Shown here in pieces: positions 15,440 to 17,608 of a stretch of DNA of 17,608 bases (the stretch's first letter is position 1; the number at the start of each line of letters is the position of its first letter). This stretch comes from Candidatus Diapherotrites archaeon CG10_big_fil_rev_8_21_14_0_10_31_34 (GTDB lineage: Archaea > Iainarchaeota > Iainarchaeia > Iainarchaeales > 1-14-0-10-31-34): the NCBI GenBank assembly GCA_002763225.1, contig PFAI01000008.1, forward strand, positions 1-17,608, given 5' to 3'. A program made the translations under genes and the position numbers. The notes under the pieces are model-generated. The model was not told where the DNA came from. It did no database searches and saw nothing but the letters and a program-made list of their open reading frames with translations.

Positions 15440-15455
15440 ATTTAAACTGACTGCA

Positions 15456-16637
15456 TCAGATTCTTTCCAGAATAAATATTTTTCTGTTGATATTGCTTTC
15501 TTTTTCCATGTAAATATATGGAAAAGCTTTTTTGTCAGTCCATTTAATCGGATTAACTGACTTAAAATACGAGCTAAAAACTTTTTCTGTTAAAGGAATT
15601 TTTTTTCCATCAGAACATTCAATTTCAGGCAAAATAATTACAATTCTTTGTTCTTTTACAATCAAAGAAAGTTTTTTGAAGAAAGCAAAATAAAGTCTTG
15701 ATAAATCTTCAATTATTTTTTTTGCTTCTGTTTCTCTTGGCTTGATTTTCAGGTAAGGCCCTAAAAATGGTTCTGATGCAATTCCATCAAATTTTCTTCC
15801 CTGCAGGGTTTCTTTTACAAAACAGGAATCTCCTTGAATCACAGTGTATTTCATTCCAGTATTATATTTTTTTTCAAACCAAGCTAAGTTTTTTCTTGCA
15901 ATCCCTGTTGTTTTGTCATCTAAATCAATTCCCAAAACATTTAATCCGTTAAACATTGCTTCCTGTAAAACAGTTCCGGTCCCGCAAAAAGGATCTAATA
16001 AAGTTTCACCTTTTTTTAATCCGGTTAAATTAATTAAAATTCTTGCCATTCTTAAAGAAACTGAATACAGTACTTGTTGTTCAGGCCGTTGATTGTCTCT
16101 GTCTCTTAATTCTTTTGGATTAAAGCATTCAATTGTTAAACCAAAAAAAAGTTTTTTCCCTTTAAAGAAAACAAAATCGCTTTGTTCTTTAATTAAATCC
16201 CATGAATGCACTTGGCTGGGAGAACTATTAAATCCTTTAATTTTATGTTTTCTTGCTTTCCTGTAAAAAGCTTTTTTTTTCAGTGACTTGAATTTGTTTT
16301 TAAAAAATTCTTCTATTTGGTTTTGGTTTTCAAATTCTTTCCCGTAAAAATTTAAAGCAAAATAAAACTTTTCATTCATCCATTCCAGTAATTCTTTTTC
16401 TTTAATTTTTTCAAGTATTTCTTTTAAGCTTCCTTCAAACAAAATCTGGATTATTTTGGTTGTTCCCCCTAAATCATGCATTAATTCTTTTGGTTTTAAT
16501 TCATTTGATTCAATTAAAACAGAGTCTTTTTCTTTTTCCTTTAATTTGAATTGGATTTTTCTTGAATTTAAATAAACAATTAGTTCTGCAATAGATAATA
16601 CTGGGTCTCGTCCTAAAACAAAAAGATATTGTTGCAT
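15456..16637 (-). CDS. Trm11/TrmG10-like RNA methyltransferase (THUMP-like N-terminus plus SAM-dependent MTase domain)
   Basis: LGGTTKI in the N-terminal part; RP...S...RMARILINL; SAM motif LLDPFCGTGTVLQEA; GIDLD; motif IV variant SEPFLGP. Confidence 0.8.
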   Translation of the reverse strand: MQQYLFVLGRDPVLSIAELIVYLNSRKIQFKLKEKEKDSVLIESNELKPKELMHDLGGTTKIIQILFEGSLKEILEKIKEKELLEWMNEKFYFALNFYGKEFENQNQIEEFFKNKFKSLKKKAFYRKARKHKIKGFNSSPSQVHSWDLIKEQSDFVFFKGKKLFFGLTIECFNPKELRDRDNQRPEQQVLYSVSLRMARILINLTGLKKGETLLDPFCGTGTVLQEAMFNGLNVLGIDLDDKTTGIARKNLAWFEKKYNTGMKYTVIQGDSCFVKETLQGRKFDGIASEPFLGPYLKIKPRETEAKKIIEDLSRLYFAFFKKLSLIVKEQRIVIILPEIECSDGKKIPLTEKVFSSYFKSVNPIKWTDKKAFPYIYMEKESNINRKIFILERI

Positions 16638-16665
16638 TAATAAACAGTGATAGAATCAGGTTAAA

Positions 16666-17403
16666 TTACTTTTTTTTCTTTGCGTCTTTGCTTTTATCGT
16701 CTTTTTTGTCGTCTTTCTTTTCTTCTTTCTTTCCTTTGCCTTTTCCTTCGTCTTTCTCTTCTTTTCCTTTTTCTTCTTTCTTTCCTTTGCCTTCTTTTGT
16801 TTCTTCTTCTTTTTCTTCTTCTTTTTCTTTTGCTTCCATTCTTTTCTTGATTCTTTTTGGCAAAGTTCCAATGCTTTCAATATTTGTTCCTATTCTAACA
16901 GAAGTTTTGCATGAAATCTTTGATTTAACTTTTGTTAATGAAGCTTTAACGTGCTTTAAATTTTCTTCGTCAATTAAAACACTCATGATTTTTTGTCCTG
17001 GCCTTACTCTTGCAGCTCTTCCAATTGGTTTTCCAAAAGGATGGCTCATTCCTTTTGTTACTCTGTCTGCTCCTGCTCCCTGTGCCTGCTTGTTTTCCCT
17101 TAAAATCTGATAAGGATAAATTCTGATTCTTAAAAAATAGTTTTCTTTTCCAACATGCTTGGTTAAATCTCTGTTAACTGCAACTCTGGTTGATTCAAGT
17201 GAATTATCTCTTACCTGAACTTTTTCTTCTGCAATCAAGTCAACTATATGAGAATATTTTTTCAATGGGTTTCCGGTATTAAACTGTCTTGTTTTAACTC
17301 CAGGAGTAGAACCAATATAGTTTCTTCTGTGCACTTTAATGGCTACTCTAGTATAAGACGGCTTGTCATGTGTTCTATAACATTTTCCTGGTCTTAAACC
17401 CAT
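16666..17403 (-). CDS. rpl10e: 50S ribosomal protein uL16 (L10e) with a long K/E/D-rich C-terminal extension
   Basis: MGLRPGKCYR, QVRDNSLESTR, IRIYPYQILRENK, GAGADRV and GMSHPFGKPIGRAARV. SD-like GTGAT upstream. Confidence 0.96.
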   Translation of the reverse strand: MGLRPGKCYRTHDKPSYTRVAIKVHRRNYIGSTPGVKTRQFNTGNPLKKYSHIVDLIAEEKVQVRDNSLESTRVAVNRDLTKHVGKENYFLRIRIYPYQILRENKQAQGAGADRVTKGMSHPFGKPIGRAARVRPGQKIMSVLIDEENLKHVKASLTKVKSKISCKTSVRIGTNIESIGTLPKRIKKRMEAKEKEEEKEEETKEGKGKKEEKGKEEKDEGKGKGKKEEKKDDKKDDKSKDAKKKK

Positions 17404-17510
17404 TTACATCACTTTCTATAAATAAATATCAACTAAAATAAAAGCTTTAAAGAATTCGCTTTACTTATAATTCTGTTGAAAGAAAATCTTTTAAATGCTC
17501 CTTCTGGCTG

Positions 17511-17528
17511 ATAAAATTCCTTTTAAAA
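17511..17528 (+). promoter_or_regulatory. Putative BRE-TATA of the tRNA-Cys gene
   Basis: An A-rich run followed by TTTTAAAA (17521-17528), ending about 27 nt before the tRNA 5' end. Confidence 0.45.
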
Positions 17529-17555
17529 GCTTTTTCAAGCCCTTTCTTTAATTAA

Positions 17556-17608
17556 GCTGAGGTGGCAGAGAGGATATGCATCCGCCTGCAGTTCCAACCT
17601 TTTCTTTT
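17556..17608 (+). tRNA. tRNA-Cys(GCA), 5' half up to G37 followed by intervening sequence; truncated by the window edge
   Basis: Acceptor strand GCTGAGG, TG, D-arm GCA-GAGAGGATA-TGC, A26, anticodon stem TCCGC, loop CT-GCA-G (anticodon 17588-17590). The expected A-GCGGA does not follow; TTCCAACCTTTTCTTTT follows instead. Confidence 0.85.

Noticed and set aside
237..16092. Short antisense ORFs (e.g. 2220-2495, 3822-4121, 4251-4568, 6701-7069, 7607-7870, 11989-12282, 13453-13944, 15007-15288)
   Set aside because: They lie opposite well-supported genes, have F/S/L/I- or K/N/I-biased mirror composition and show no recognisable motifs.
16656..17110. Alternative-frame ORFs 16656-16880 (-) and 16688-17110 (+)
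   Set aside because: They are shadows of the purine-rich low-complexity rpl10e tail, which lacks stops in other frames.

Overview
AT-rich (roughly 30% GC) archaeal chromosomal segment, most likely from a DPANN archaeon (Iainarchaeota/Diapherotrites-like; this taxonomy is inferred from gene content and style, not from a search). It reads in the standard code, with TAA, TAG and TGA all used as stops. In order it contains: the 3' part of an S-layer glycoprotein gene; a terminator and a GC-rich chain of short hairpins; a membrane-anchored hypothetical protein; a UPF0104 (AglD-like flippase domain) membrane protein; a minus-strand run aRF1 - truD - GPT/AglH-like transferase; pyrH; a frameshifted Cys-rich/CARDB lipoprotein gene; dph2; ppsA; a second, AT-rich hairpin chain; a Trm11-like methyltransferase; rpl10e (uL16) with a long charged tail; and the 5' half of a tRNA-Cys(GCA) interrupted after position 37. 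The most notable item is a 503-aa intein, carrying an Xre-type HTH and a LAGLIDADG homing endonuclease, inserted directly after the catalytic GGQ glutamine of release factor aRF1. Also of interest are the two intergenic hairpin arrays and the interrupted (intron-containing or possibly split) tRNA-Cys.
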